A DNA stretch of 35,251 nt from Jimgerdemannia flammicorona (GCA_003990765.1 RBNJ01000256.1:1-35251), one strand, 5' to 3'. Counted from the stretch's first letter, positions 10,685 to 23,354 are shown. The notes: generated by a model not told the origin, from the sequence alone. Program-made: numbers and translations.

Positions 10685-12736
10685 CTATAAAATACGTCCA
10701 CTGACAAATGAAAGAGGGTAGTTACCTGGTGACAGTGCCATGGGCTCCCAGTTCGATGCCTTCCATTTGATCATCGGGAAACCGATCCCTTCCATCGGGT
10801 CTTGGTAGGTAAGGGGGACAGCCTCAACCCATTCCATGGGGTCACAATGGTGTTGTATACTGGCCTTGGCCATGACGTAATCGAGCATCGCCATTGCCAT
10901 CGGCCTCAAGATTGGAACAAAAGTCCCTATAGGTTTGGAAGGTGTTTTCAAGATGAATCACTATCTATGCAATAAGGAATGAGAGCTGCAACCTTGCTGT
11001 TATACTTTTATCAATGTTCATATCAAGGCCAGGAAATCCACTCTCACAGCATAGAAGAGGCAGTGGAAGAGGCGGCAGATGAGAGAGAAGCAGAGGCGAA
11101 GGAAGAAGCTGAGGTGGAAGATGAGGGAGAGGTATAGCCAGCAGATGAGGGAGAGGCTGATTGAGCAGTTGAGGCAGCCGGGGGTGAAATTCCCTCACTT
11201 CTGGTAAAATATATAATTTAAATGAAATGAGAACTATAGAACACTTTTATATAAACCACATGTAGCGAGCATTACCAGAAGCAACTGGCTTGTTAATTTC
11301 ACCAATTTCCGTGGTGCTGAAAGCATCATCACGGATGGCGTTGGAAACGCGTTCGGTACTGCCGCGGATGGTTTCAGTGGTTTGGGGGTTGTTGGTGGAA
11401 GAGGTGCCATGGCAGAAGGAACGGAAGGCGGCATTGATATGGGAAGCGTCTTCCCGTATTGTCCTGGCTTGGGCAGATTCAAGAAGTTGCGGACGAAAAG
11501 CGTCGACCCTGGCAGCATCGAAATCGGTGTGGCCACCGCGCAGAGTGTCAGTGTTCTATGAGAACAGCACTGGTATTGACAGGGTAAGATGTGGCGGGTT
11601 TGGTGGTGTACCTGATGGAAGTGGCAGACGAAAACGTTAACGTTAAGGGTGGGATGAACGACCAGTATCGGTGTATGTATGTTTGTTTACCTGTGGCCGC
11701 AGGGCTTCAATATCGAAAGGAGAACCAACACTAAGGCCTGGTTCAAAATAATGATCAGTACCTTAGTGATGGTTTCCAACTGGGTAGTCAGGGTGGAACT
11801 CGTACCTCGGCCCGCCTGCCTCGATCTTCCGCTGCCTCGCCATCGCCACATGCCCTCGCTCCTCGCGCCCCCGTTCCTCGCGCTCCCGCTCCTCGCGCTC
11901 CCGCTCCTCGCGCTCCCGCTCCTCGCGCCCCCGCTCCTCGCGCCCCCGCTCCTCGCGCCCCCACTCCTCGCGCCCCCGCTCCTCGCGCCCCCGCTCCTCG
12001 CGCTCCCGCTCCTCGCGCTCCCGCTCCTCGCGCTCCCGCTCCTCGCGCTCCCGCTCCTCCTTATCGCGCTCTTTGCGCTTTTCCATCTTGCGCTCCTGCT
12101 TCTATCGCGTTCCTTGCGCTCTTGCTCCATGGCAACGACTTTCCTCTTCTTGACGAGGACGAGGCCCTGGTCCCTCCGCACACATTCATCCTCCGGACCC
12201 TCGTCAGCGACCTCCCTCCTCGGCAGAATGGGAACGTGGATAAGTCCACATCAGCGCTCGATGGTAACCCTCTTCTTCCCCTCATGTGTGACCGTCGTCC
12301 TCGTCGTCTCTTTCACGGCAGCCTATTCGCCGGCTTTGCGTTTCCTATCTTCCACGCTATGGCTACTGGTAGCAGCCGGAGTGGGCACCACTACTGGCCC
12401 TCCGGCGTTGGGCTCTTTCTTGGAATGACGGCGGCACTTCGTTTCGGAAGCTTCGCACGACGGTTCGACAGCACGAGCCATCTTTCTCAGGCCAATGGTG
12501 GTAGAGATGCTCGTACTGGCCGGCATCTCGGTGCAGCTAGCGGTGTCAGGCGGTATGGCAGCCGGCCGGGAGACATCGGTGGGAGGTGGGGCGACTCTGA
12601 TCGTTGAACCTACCGATGGTGGTCAGTGCATATTAATCTATAAAACATATAAAAAATGTATAACGTGTTAGTTATATTGCTCAGAATACAGGGACGGGGG
12701 GCAGTGAAGAGGTAAAACGTACTTCCTATAAGCCAT
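10685..12736 (-). pseudogene. Multi-exon gene for a low-complexity E/R-rich and Ser-rich protein, with internal stops and a frameshift
   Basis: ATG at 12736 (MAYRK). GT-AG introns include 12722-12638 (gtacgt...ctaac...ttatag), one starting ~11690, ~11275-11201 and 10725-10685. The frame continues through several single stops (HHR*VQRS, AGE*AAV, IER*CG) into the EERER repeats. No recognisable domain. Confidence 0.55.
11861..12059. repeat. 15-bp minisatellite, ~13 copies (cctcgcgc[c/t]cccgct), encoding EERER/EERGR on the minus strand
   Basis: Direct reading of the sequence; ORF 11763-12086. Confidence 0.95.
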
Positions 12737-13866
12737 CTTTGCTGTTGTTATAGGGTAATGAAAGAACGGTAGGTTTTGTTGTGGGCGGTGTGAGTTGGAT
12801 AAGTTGGAAAGTGGTTGGGTTGTAAGTAACATGGGTAGTGTTCAGGAAGTGAAGCCTAAAAAATGGTGGTGGCGGGGAAATATAAGGGAGATCCCTAACC
12901 GGTCACACTCTGCGGCAAATCGGGCACGCGCCCACAATTCATCAGATGACTTCACAGTTCCTCCTTGACGTAATGGTTTCAAACATTGCGTGCGCCATTT
13001 TCCGTCCTCCCGACAAATTTTTCCAAGAGCTGAGCCGAGTCACTGTGCGCTTTTGGATTTAGTTATCCCGTAATGTGAAAGTTGACTCCAAGCTCCGCGA
13101 TTTTTTTTAGACACCTATCACAAGACAACTACAATGCTTGGGTGCATGCATTTGGCATCTCTTGTCTCCTTTTCGGGGTGAAGGATTAGAGGAGACCTCC
13201 TTTTTCTACAACTTCCACAGCCATTTTAGCCGGAATACGTCTACAAATGACCTAGCATAAAATAGAAAGGTAATGGTTCATATAGACCTCCTTGAAGTGT
13301 AAGCAAATCGAACGCACAGATTTTTTGTTTTTATTTTCGGTTACACCAGAAAGGGACTTCATCAGACCTGAACGCCAAATCAGATCTGCGAGAGATTGGA
13401 TGGGGTGCGCCATTCATGCGTTTCAGAGAGGTAAGGACTAACGCCATTTGTGCGTTTCAGAGATACGTGATTTGTCTCTGATGGCGTTCCCTGGTGTCAA
13501 CAAAAATAGTAACCCTGGGCGCCTTGTGTTTTTCTTAACCTCCACCACCAATCCCCGCCGGCATTACCTACAACCCGCCATTACAAAAATCAAGACCACT
13601 ACCCATTTCGCGATTGACAAATTGCACCTCACGCATTTCACCGACAATGAAAAATCTGTCGAGGCGCAGGCGGAGGTTCAAAATTAAGCAGGGTGGGTTG
13701 AGTTTTTGGGCGGGATTTCTTGACGTAATAACATTATCAGGTACCAGATATGCGGTTTTAAGGGGTGCGCCTTCCGGCGGCTGATGGAAACGAAGACCAG
13801 TTTCCAGATATAATAAATCGGCCGAATGATCCCTGATAATTTGGACACTAAATCAAAATGATTGTA

Positions 13867-15315
13867 TGTACATGCTGCACTGAGTGGTAGTGTGTTATCC
13901 ATTTTATGTACAAATAAATAATAAAATTCATGTTGCTCTATATGCTTTGCACTGCAGAAAATTTCCCATGTGTTTTACTCCTAGGTCACTATTGTAGTAT
14001 CGCACGCCCACATGGCTGGCAACAAACTTCCCTCCGACATTCAAACATTGCGAGATTTTGAGATCTGGGAGCGTTGTTGCAATAACCAGAAACTATGTTT
14101 GAGCATGTCGGTCGATATACTCTGTAAAGCTCACGAAATGAGAGTGTAACCGAATTCCCTTGGTCGCGGCGCATTCCATTAGACACCGTATTAACTGAAT
14201 GATTTCACCAAAACTTCCACAGTTAATGTCACCAGGAATGAGCGCATCAGGTAGCATAAATGTCTTTTTGGGTTCGTCTGGCGGCTTGCGCTGACCTTGG
14301 AAGTCGTGGAACTCATCGCGTGGAATTTTGTCGAAGTCGAAACTTTTCGGATGTGTGTCTTTTTGCTAATTTTAACGAGTTACTATCTTGGGCGTCTCCA
14401 AGTCATTCCTGCGTAGACCTAATATTGCCAAGAAACGAATTTGCCTCCGAGACTGACGAAGATGTATATCATAGAGTACTAAACGTTAGGTAGAGTGCAA
14501 ATCCATTCACTCGTCATATTCTCCAAATATTTCAGAGAGACCCATACCAATTTTTTTATTTTTTTTATTGTTAAAAAAAACTTACGAACACGTTGTCTCG
14601 CCATTGAGATATGTCTCTTACGTAGCAAAGTGTTCTTTACATAAAATATGAAGACGGGAACCGTAAAATGTAAATAAATGTCCGCAAATAGGAAAAAGTT
14701 CTTCGAAGACGTGTACCGTAAATGTAAATAACTGTAGGTAAAAAAATGTAAATATGCATGAAGCATATCCTACCAAGGCCCGCCATTCTCGTTAAAGCGA
14801 AGGGGCCGTTTATTGTACGCAACCCTAAGGGGGTGGGAGATGCGCAAACGGATTGAAATGCGAAATTGTTAAGGACTAATTGCTAAGTTGCTGACGTAGT
14901 ATATGCTTAATTACTGAGATGCGACGAGTATTCAGTTTCTGGTGAACGAACGATATTACGTGCTGAAATCACTGAAACTGGCATCTATCTGAAATCGGTG
15001 CTAACTAAGTTGCTTGAAACTAGCGCAGGGGAACCGATTGAAATTTCCGCAGGGGAATGCATGATTGTTCTGCATGAATGTTAAACGGCAATGGTTCCAT
15101 ACGAATGTTAAGCAGCAATTGTTCCGCATGGATGTTAAACGGCTCCGGCCACTTTACCGAAGTTTGAACTACGTTCGTAACTATATGTAGAAAAACCATG
15201 CAAATTTGCTGACGGACAATCGTGAGAATACATTCTGGGAAACGTCCGCAGCACGATCGGTCACCACACTCGCATGCATGGTAGGAGGAAGTAGCAGTGT
15301 TGTTGAATGACATTA
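13867..15315 (+). repeat. Segmental duplication, copy 1
   Basis: gtacatgctgcactgagtggtag...gttgaatgacattag is collinear with 24905-26153 at high identity. Copy 2 lacks about 14927-15110 and some smaller pieces. Confidence 0.95.
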
Positions 15316-16672
15316 GAGCAGCAGTTTTTCAGATTATGCCTAAATAATAACAAGTTTCATGATCAAGAAAATACACTATGGAAATAGTACCAATGATGAT
15401 GAAAATGTCTTCTACAGGTCCCAAAGATGTGGTGCCAAATGAGGTCAAAAGTATGGGTAACAAGGCCAATGAATCCAAACCCAAAATTAATATAATAATA
15501 ATCAGTCCAGCCAATCAACTAAGTATCATGAGTACTGTAAATACTGCAGTAAGTATAGATACAGGAAGTACCATTACTATAGTTGGAAAATAATAAGAAG
15601 AGTGGTAAAAATAAGCAATAATGTGGAAAAAGCCAATGCTGGCAATATGGAAGCAGTAGAAAGAACTATTGAGAGAAGCATGGTAATGCAAACACTGCTG
15701 AAACTGATGAAAGTGGTAATCTATTTTTATATAAGCTGTCAGTTCTACTGCTAATGCCAGTTCTGCCAGCACAAGATCCACCATTAGTACAAGATCTAAA
15801 TCTATAAAATCTGGTCAAAAGGATGACAATTTTGGACTAAAAAGTTCTGCCAAATTCACCACCAATTCCACCAGCACCAGTTCTGCCAGTATAAGATCTA
15901 CTACCAAACCCATCAACTTATCATCTATAAATCCCAGTAAGTAAAACACTTTTGGGACAACAAAAAGTGGCAATAATATCAACAGTTCTAACAATTATAT
16001 ATTCTTTAAGTATACATACACCAGAAGTAAATCCACCAATATAGCTATTGACAATGATATCTAGTTAATAGATTCTGGAGCTATATAATATATAATACTA
16101 TAGAGAAAATAGTTCTCTATATATGAGCCTTTTGAATACCCTATACATATTAAGTTAGGAGATAATAATGTTATCTATACTCAAGAAAAGGGAAATGTGG
16201 AGATACGTCTCTACAGAAATATCATTGAGCCTGCTGCTACTTTTAGGGATATACTGTATACTCCAGAGATATGTAAGAATCTCTTTTTGATAGGAAAGAT
16301 GATGTTCTATAGCAATAAAGAAATTTACATATAGAGAAGACACTATTATATATGATTTGTATGATAACAAACTAATGATAGCTTTGAAATGTAGAAATCT
16401 TTATATGATCAATAGTATGCTAAATGATATAAAAGTCTCTACTTATACAACAACTATTTTTAATATATCTAATATATAGCATCAATGCTTAGAATATATT
16501 GGCAAGATGAGTCTCAAACAAATAATAAGAAGTAGCTCAGTGAAAGGATTACCAGTGTATATATATCTAGAGAATAGCTTTTGTAAGATATAGGTGGAAA
16601 ACAAAATTTCTTAGTGACTATTTAAAGAATTATTGAAGTATACCTAGGGGATCCTAGATCTAATCTATATGA
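15316..16672 (+). mobile_element. Ty1/Copia gag-protease-preintegrase relic, truncated at both ends
   Basis: Decayed motifs: CKYCSKYRY (Zn knuckle, ~15537), I*LIDSGAI*Y (protease WxIDSGA, ~16058), I*HQCLEYIG (WHxRLGH, ~16474), FCKI*VENK and LDLIY. Cut by the Gypsy LTR at 16673. Confidence 0.85.
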
Positions 16673-18247
16673 TATCATAGAGTAGTTGCTGAGTCCTTCA
16701 AATATGTCAGATTCTTTTCAAGATATATCTCTTAGACTAACTCAAGTTTATTATAAGTAAGTTCTTATTAGAGTACCTTCTCAAGGTCTTATAGTCCTCA
16801 AACATCTTATCTTTAAACTGGCTTGTTATCTCTTAGATTGCTTGCAAGGAAGTATATATAATTAAACTTTACTGACTTTATTTCAGAGAAAATAAGAGGG
16901 GTATTTATACAAAATATAATTCAATAGTTGCTAAGATATAAAGCTAAATATAAATTCCAATAACTAAAACAAAATGCCAGGACAGAGAAAACTGCTAAGT
17001 TCCAGTGTTGGTACAGATAGTTATATAGGTTCAGAATGCTGGTATAATTTCAGTGATACAGGAAAATAGTACTGGAATAATTCTGAGTCACATCAGAATA
17101 CTGGTGGTAGAACAGCTATTACACAGGAAAAGAGTGCTGGCATAATTCTGTATAATCAAGGAACTTAGAGCAGAATGTTCAAGACTATAGAGGCTTCATC
17201 CTCATTAGAGGTCAGAATGTCTTCAAAGGAAATGAGGTCTGCAAATGTTTTGTCTGTCTCATTGTCATCATTGTTACATAGATCACATGTTTCATATATG
17301 TCATGTGGGATGACACCATCACTGATGACATCATCACATTTGGTGGTATTAGAAATAAGGAGATCTGGAGCTCTCCAGTCTATGAGGTTCTCTTCTACAA
17401 AATAGGAGACAAATGTGGGGTTTTGGAGAGATCTAACCTGGATGCTTGGGCCTTAGAATACTGAGATCAATCCTTGCAGGAATTGGTCTGAGTTGTTCTA
17501 GGGGATGGGATGCCAGAAGTTTTCTACTTTATTACTGTTGAGAGTGATAGTGGACTGGGCTTCTGTAGCCACCCTGGCTTCTAGTGCATTGATATAGCAG
17601 ACTTACAGATCTCTGAAGTCTGAGACTCTAATATACTCTAAGTTGGAGATTGACCACAGTGTATGTCTGAAGATCTGATAGATCTTCTTAGTTATTCTTG
17701 CTTTGTATATATCCATAGGAGTGGTATCTTGTAACTCTTGAGGGCTGGCCTGAGGGAACTTCCAGCAGAGGAGGTTTTCTATTTTGTACTTCTGCCACAT
17801 TTGGAGATATTCAGTAGCAATGGTGATCCTGGTTTCCATTTCACAACAGTAGAGGATATAGTGATAAGGGTCACCTGTACCCAGATTAATGCTAGGAGTC
17901 CTTCTTGTGCAGGTCCTCATGGCTCTACTGATGTCTTGGAATATCCTTTCTTTGACTGAGGTGCCTTGGTGGTTCCTTGACCTTGAGGTTTGGTAAGCAG
18001 TAGGTATTTGTTTGTGGTAAGTCTTTGAGCTATTTTGGGATTGGTGCTCTTGTTGGTTGCTGCTACTGTGGTTCCTTGATCCTTCTTTTATATTCCTCAA
18101 GATACCCATACTGTGGTCACAATGACTTACAGTTGGTCATCATTACTCATCTTGTATGCTGTATGATCTTCTTGTGCTCTAATCTGGTAGCTTGTAAGGA
18201 AAGGCTGTCCCCTATACTAATGTCATCATTCTGGGGTCACTATTACA
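16673..18247 (-). repeat. 3' LTR (1575 bp)
   Basis: Direct repeat of 23375-24904. Minus-strand ends TGTAAT...ATGATA (decayed TG...CA). TATA-like TATAAATA at 16902-16909. Confidence 0.95.
17165..18109 (-). pseudogene. ~314-codon ORF of unknown function inside the LTR (U3 region)
   Basis: A single frame over 945 nt with only point-mutation stops. The homologous frame in the other LTR (23836-24766) is open at those positions. Confidence 0.6.
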
Positions 18248-18259
18248 TCTTTCTCCTGA
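18248..18259 (-). other. Polypurine tract
   Basis: Minus strand tcaggagaaaga immediately precedes the 3' LTR TG. Confidence 0.75.
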
Positions 18260-18559
18260 ATAAGGATCTTCTTGAACATTCTAATTCATTGGTCCAGTTC
18301 GGAAAAATTTGCTGATCTCATAACCTCTGGCAAGGGGTCAAAAAGTGGTGTTTATGGGCTGGTATCTTCCCTATATATTTTGGCATGAAGGTGAAAGGTC
18401 ACTCTCTTTATATAGAGCAAGGGCCTGATTCTGATCTTGATTAATCAGTTGATGATTTGAACTTCTCTGGCTTCAAAAGTCTCACAGATGAGTAGTTACT
18501 GGTGCTGTATCTCTTAGAGAATGGTCCAGACAGATAGCCTGCTGATCACAGGACCTTAT

Positions 18560-20047
18560 ATAGGTTCATGATACTTCATGAGTCAATTCCTATATATTAT
18601 GATAGGCAGTATGGTCTCTGAGATTTTTCTAAGCCAGAAGGTAGTTCCCTTGATATCTTGCACATAGAAGAGTTCTTCCCATTTGGGCTCCAGTTTTTGT
18701 AACCATAAGGCTTCTACTATATTTCGATACAATAGGACCTTTTCACTGATTTGAATGGGTTCTAGGGTCTTGTAATTCTTTTCTGCATTCTTCTTTGTCA
18801 TCACTTGTGACTTGATGATGTAATCTTCAGCCTACTTCCTGATTTAGTATAGTCTCCAGATTTCCGAGTCAACCCATCTCCAAGTTAGGTCTAGATTTGT
18901 TGCTGAGGTTCCATCAGAATCTTCTTCTCTGAAGAGTAGTTCTTTTGGAGTAAAGTGTGTACTCTATGACTGTATGTCTTATAGAACAGAGAGGGCAGTT
19001 GGGAGGTAGTTATTCCAATTCTCATATGTATCTAAGATCTTCACCAGGATATTCTTGAGGGTCTTGTTGATTCTCTCTATCTGTTCATTTCCTTGAGGGT
19101 GGACACAGTTGTCTTGATGTGCTGAATCTTGTATTTCTGATATATTATCTCATGGAATCTATTGACAAATTCTGTACCATGGACTGTGGTGATTTGCCTT
19201 GGTGTCTTGTAGTGGCAGATGATTTCTTGGTGCAGGAAGTTGGCTATAGAGAGGGCATTGGCTTCTTGTAATGCTCCTGCTTCTATCCATTTGATAAAGA
19301 GGTCTACAATAACTATAATGTAGTGATTTCCTGATAGTATTACTGGTAGTGGTCCAATGATTTCCATTACAATGTGGTGGAAGGGGATAGGCTCAATTCT
19401 TGATGACCCAGGTATCTGGTCTTGCTGATCTTGTTTCTGTTTTTAGTACTTATCACACCCTTTGACAAATTGGCACAGGTCTTCTTCCATCTTGGGCCAC
19501 CACATAGTTCTTCTTTCCTTATCATATATATTGGTTCCTCTTAGGTATCCTTATTCATGTACTTCCTTCATTACTTGATACTTCTTATATTTGGGTATTA
19601 CTAGTTTTTCTCTTTTTCTGAGTGTAGTGTTGTCTAGTTCAAACTGTTTCCAAGTCCAGTTGATGATGGTGATTGTCCAGAGTTCAAGGGGGTTGGGCAT
19701 CTTTCACTGCCCAAGATAGCTGATTAATCTATAGTATAACTCTTTATTCATGTTGAATAGTCTTGATGGGGGTGTTTCGGGGTGTCCTTGAGAGTGCATT
19801 GGTATTGGTATTGGTTTTTCCTGAGTGGTGCTTGATGGTACAGTCATACTCTTATAGCCTGTAGATCTATCTGGCATATATTCCTTTGGGGTTCAGAGTG
19901 TGGAATAGTCAGACAAGAGTGGAATGGTATGTTTGAATGGTGAAGTGTTTCTCAGCTAGATAGTAGTGGAACTTGTCTACTGTCCAAACTACTGCTAAGC
20001 ATTCAAGCTTGTATGACTTGCAGTTTTGTTCTGCTCCATGGGTACCT
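18560..20047 (-). pseudogene. Gypsy RNase H C-terminal part and integrase
   Basis: AEQNCKSYKLECLAVVWTVDKFHYYL, NALSR, WWPKMEEDLCQFVKGCD, MEIIGPLP...YIIVIVDLFIKWIEA, TVHGTEFVN and KLEPKWEELF (decayed GPY/F). Confidence 0.92.
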
Positions 20048-21214
20048 CAGCTACCAGCTCTTTCTCCACTACCTTACTGGCTATAATGGTTTGGTAGGCA
20101 ACCTCCTAAGTCCACTTTCCACAATTATTACTCTCTCTATCTTGGGTTGGTTTGCTGTACTTGTTGCAGTGCAGTGGGAGGGAGGCAATGTTGATGAGTT
20201 GCTCCTTTATTAGAATCAGATCAGTGTCTTCTCTACTTTTTCACAGTTTTTGATACCTTTGGCTGTGTCTGGAGTGCATTCATTTTGGTGCAGTGCCTTC
20301 TTTCTTTTACCATCACCAACAAGGTACTGTCTCAGTGTGTCTCAGGCTACATAGGAAGTCAGCTGACCTTGGACATCAAGTGCCCAGTATAGGTTACCTG
20401 CACGTCCTCAGTACCTATGGTAGGGCCCTCTGGCTTTGGCAAGCTTCCTGGTGAGTGCAGTTCTGGCATAGGTAACTGTTTTTTGGGTGTTGTCAGGATG
20501 GGAGGGGAGATGGCCATCATAGATAGGAGGAAGGGTGATTATGGTGAACCAGTAGGGTGCCAGACTGGGGGCAGTCATCAGGGCTGGGGTGGGTGCTGCT
20601 TTGGTGGGGTCTTTTGATTGGTGTAGAGCAGTTAGATGGTAGATATTACTCTTGGCTTCTTTTGGTAATTTGGTAGGTTGGGCCCTAGTCATTGGGAGGG
20701 GTTGGGGGGCCCAAGGCTACCCATTTTAGACATCTTGGCTATATTCAACTAGAACTGAGAGCTGATACAGCAACATGATCGAGGCCTGCAGGCTTGAGTA
20801 GTGGAATATTGGGGGTCTCCTCCTGCCTTACATGTAAGTCCTTTACTCACCTTGACTGGGAGAACCAGGCCCTATATGATGTACTTTGATAAGAGTTTTT
20901 CTTTACCTGTCATCCTCCTTGGAGTGGCAGGGGCTATTCAATTTGGCTTTGGTATAGCCTTATACATATATTGGGGTCTCAGGCATATGCTTTTGGTCAT
21001 TGGCATATGGCTGGGTTACCCCTGGTGATAGGAAGAGCATGGTGTACAGAATGAGGTACAGGCTAATATAGGTTCTGCTGTACCTGATATGGTCGAGCTG
21101 CTGAACAATAGCTAGCCTAGGTTAATGGGGGGGCAGTGCTTGATGGGTAGTGGGGCAGGGTTTTGGCCTATATAGTCTAGGTTCCCTTCCAATAAAAATC
21201 TGCAGGACATTGAG

Positions 21215-21249
<35 letters not shown>
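20048..21249 (+). mobile_element. Retroposed polyadenylated insert (1.2 kb; 5'-truncated LINE 3' end or retrocopy) with 7-bp TSD
   Basis: AATAAA at 21191-21196, A29 at 21221-21249, TSD GGTACCT (20041-20047) / GGTATCT (21250-21256). Removing it restores the RNase H reading YASK-GT-HGAEQN. Confidence 0.88.
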
Positions 21250-21251
<2 letters not shown>

Positions 21252-22130
21252 TATCTTTGCTTGCATAGGAGATGACATATTCATGTCTATCTTTCTTCTG
21301 AGCTAGGACTGCTCTAAGTCCTATAGCACTTGCATCTGTCTATAGGATGAATTCTAGGTTCCAATCTGGTCTTCTGAGGATGGGTGTTTGGATCAACCTA
21401 ATCTTGAGTTCATTGAAGATTTTTTGACATTCCTTGGTCTATTTGAATTTGGTCTCTTTCTTCAGTAGCTCATAGATAGGTGCTGCAATGTTGGAGTATC
21501 CTTTGATGAATCTTCTGTAGTAGCTGGCCAGTCTAAGGAAGGCATGGACTTCTGTAGTTGTTCTTGGTCTCAGGTAGGCTGCAACTGTCTCAATCTTCAT
21601 GGGATCTGTGTGGATTCTGGTCTGATTGATGAGGTGTCCTAGGTAGGCAATTTTCTGAGCTGCAAACTTGCATTTCTTGGGCTTGATATAGAGGCCATGC
21701 TCCTTGAGCTTCTTGAGGGCTAGCTGTATGTAGTTGATATATTCCCATGCAGTATTGCTGAAGATGATCACATCATCAACATAGACAAAGAGCCATTTTT
21801 CAATCTCGTTGCTGAAGGCTCCATTTATCATTTGCTGAAAACTTGCTGGGGCATTGCATATTCCAAATGGCATTCACAGGTAGATATAGGTAGCATCAGA
21901 TGTGATGAAGGCTGATTTCTCACTGGTATCTTGAGTGAGACCAATCTGATGGAAGCCTGAGAACAGATCCAAGATAGTATAGTACTTGGCTTCACTTCCA
22001 AAAGTGGTAAGGATTTCTTGAATATTTGGCAAGGGCTACTTATCCTTCTTGGTAATTGTATTGAGCTTTCTGTAGTCAATACAAAGTCTTAGCACAAACT
22101 CTCCAGGCTTGCTTCCTTTCTTGCTTTTGC
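21250..22130 (-). pseudogene. Gypsy reverse transcriptase and RNase H N-terminal part
   Basis: LRLCIDYRKLN, LDLFSGFHQI, MPFGICNAPASFQ, VYVDDVII, KPKKCKF, YLGH, FLRLASYYRRFIKGYS, TDASAIG and VISYASK. Confidence 0.95.
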
Positions 22131-23345
22131 TTTCTTCTGAGACTAGAGGAGTACCTTCAATGATTTGGTAGGTAGCTTTATCTAACTCTATATCTTGATC
22201 AATCTCCTTGGGTTGGGTCTTGCTTTGAATAGTGATAGCTGGGGTCTTCTTCAGTCTTCCAACTGGCTTGCTGTTGCTCTTCTTATCATAGGGCTTGGAC
22301 CAGATTCTGATACCTTCAGTAGCAGGGTAAAATTCAAGCTCCTTATAGTATTCTTCATCATCAGTATCACCAATATCCTTGATGACTACTATATTGGTTT
22401 GTTCTCTGGTTCTAGCATTGCTTGGTTGGACTTTGTATCTTGTTTTGGTCATACAATTATTTGCATAGTGGCCTTCTTCTCTACATCTGAAGTATGTGAT
22501 ATTGTATTCTTCTGTAGCAGCTGCAAATCTCTACACTGGTCTCCTGTTGGTACTTCAGACTTCTCTAACAACATCACTAAGGTGAGTAGTCATCTCAGCA
22601 AACTACTTGGCAAGTTTCTCCACTAGGTCAGCTTTGGCTTTCTGGGGGATAAGTGGGGATGGTTATCTGTTTACAACTGTAGCAGATATGATACTGGTTG
22701 GCTTTGATGGCTCTATCTTGATACTAGTTATTTTCTCCATTGAGTGTTTGGCAGAGTATCTAGCAGTCCAATATCTCTGTACAAAGACCACTTTCTGATC
22801 AAGAATCAGTAGAGCTGGGGTAGACTGGATTGCTAGGGCAATTCCAGGGTAAACTCCTTTGAGAAAGATTAAATCCACTATTTGTTCCTTGAGGACATTA
22901 TCATAGTCAGGCAGGACAATCTGGTGGCAGATTTGGGTATAGAATGAGTTGGAATCTTCACTGAGTCTCTGGCAGATAGTATTGAGTTAATTCTTGAGCT
23001 TGTTTGATCTCTTTAGTATAGTATGTTGTTCTGAGGAAGGCCTTCATGTTAGCAAGTTTGGCTACATCATTATCTGCAATAGTGGCTACATTGAACTTGT
23101 CTCTGGCAGGTCCTCTGAGGCTGACTGGTAGAAGGGCCAATTGTGCATCCATACCAAGGGCCCATATATTGGTGAATTGTTCAAAGTCTTCAATAAAGAT
23201 CAGGATTGTCTCTTCAGTAGTATATCTATAGAATGTGGGTGGGTGTATTTCTATCTTGTTTTGAATTCTTGCAGGGGTGACTCTTGTAGTCAGGGTAGTT
23301 GTTGTGGAGATTGTTTATTTTTCAGCTTGAAAGTGAGGGATTCAT
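22130..23345 (-). pseudogene. Gypsy gag, fused in frame to mid-RT with the protease deleted
   Basis: PPTFY...FIEDFE, LRGPARDKF, EDSNSFY and the Zn knuckle YFRCREEGHYANNC (~22457-22504). ORF 22036-22452 runs straight from the gag tail into KKGSKPGEFVLRLCIDY. Confidence 0.85.
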
Positions 23346-23354
23346 CTTAAATTA

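Noticed and set aside
11679..12428. Plus-strand 249-aa (LLAPP)n ORF and minus-strand (RSGSA)n ORF
   Set aside because: These are alternative frames of the 15-bp minisatellite. Splice signals support the minus-strand E/R-rich reading.
13448..15313. Short ORFs inside and near the duplicated segment, and the ~27-bp triplet repeat at 15060-15145
   Set aside because: No recognisable domains. Their recurrence in copy 2 reflects recent duplication rather than selection.
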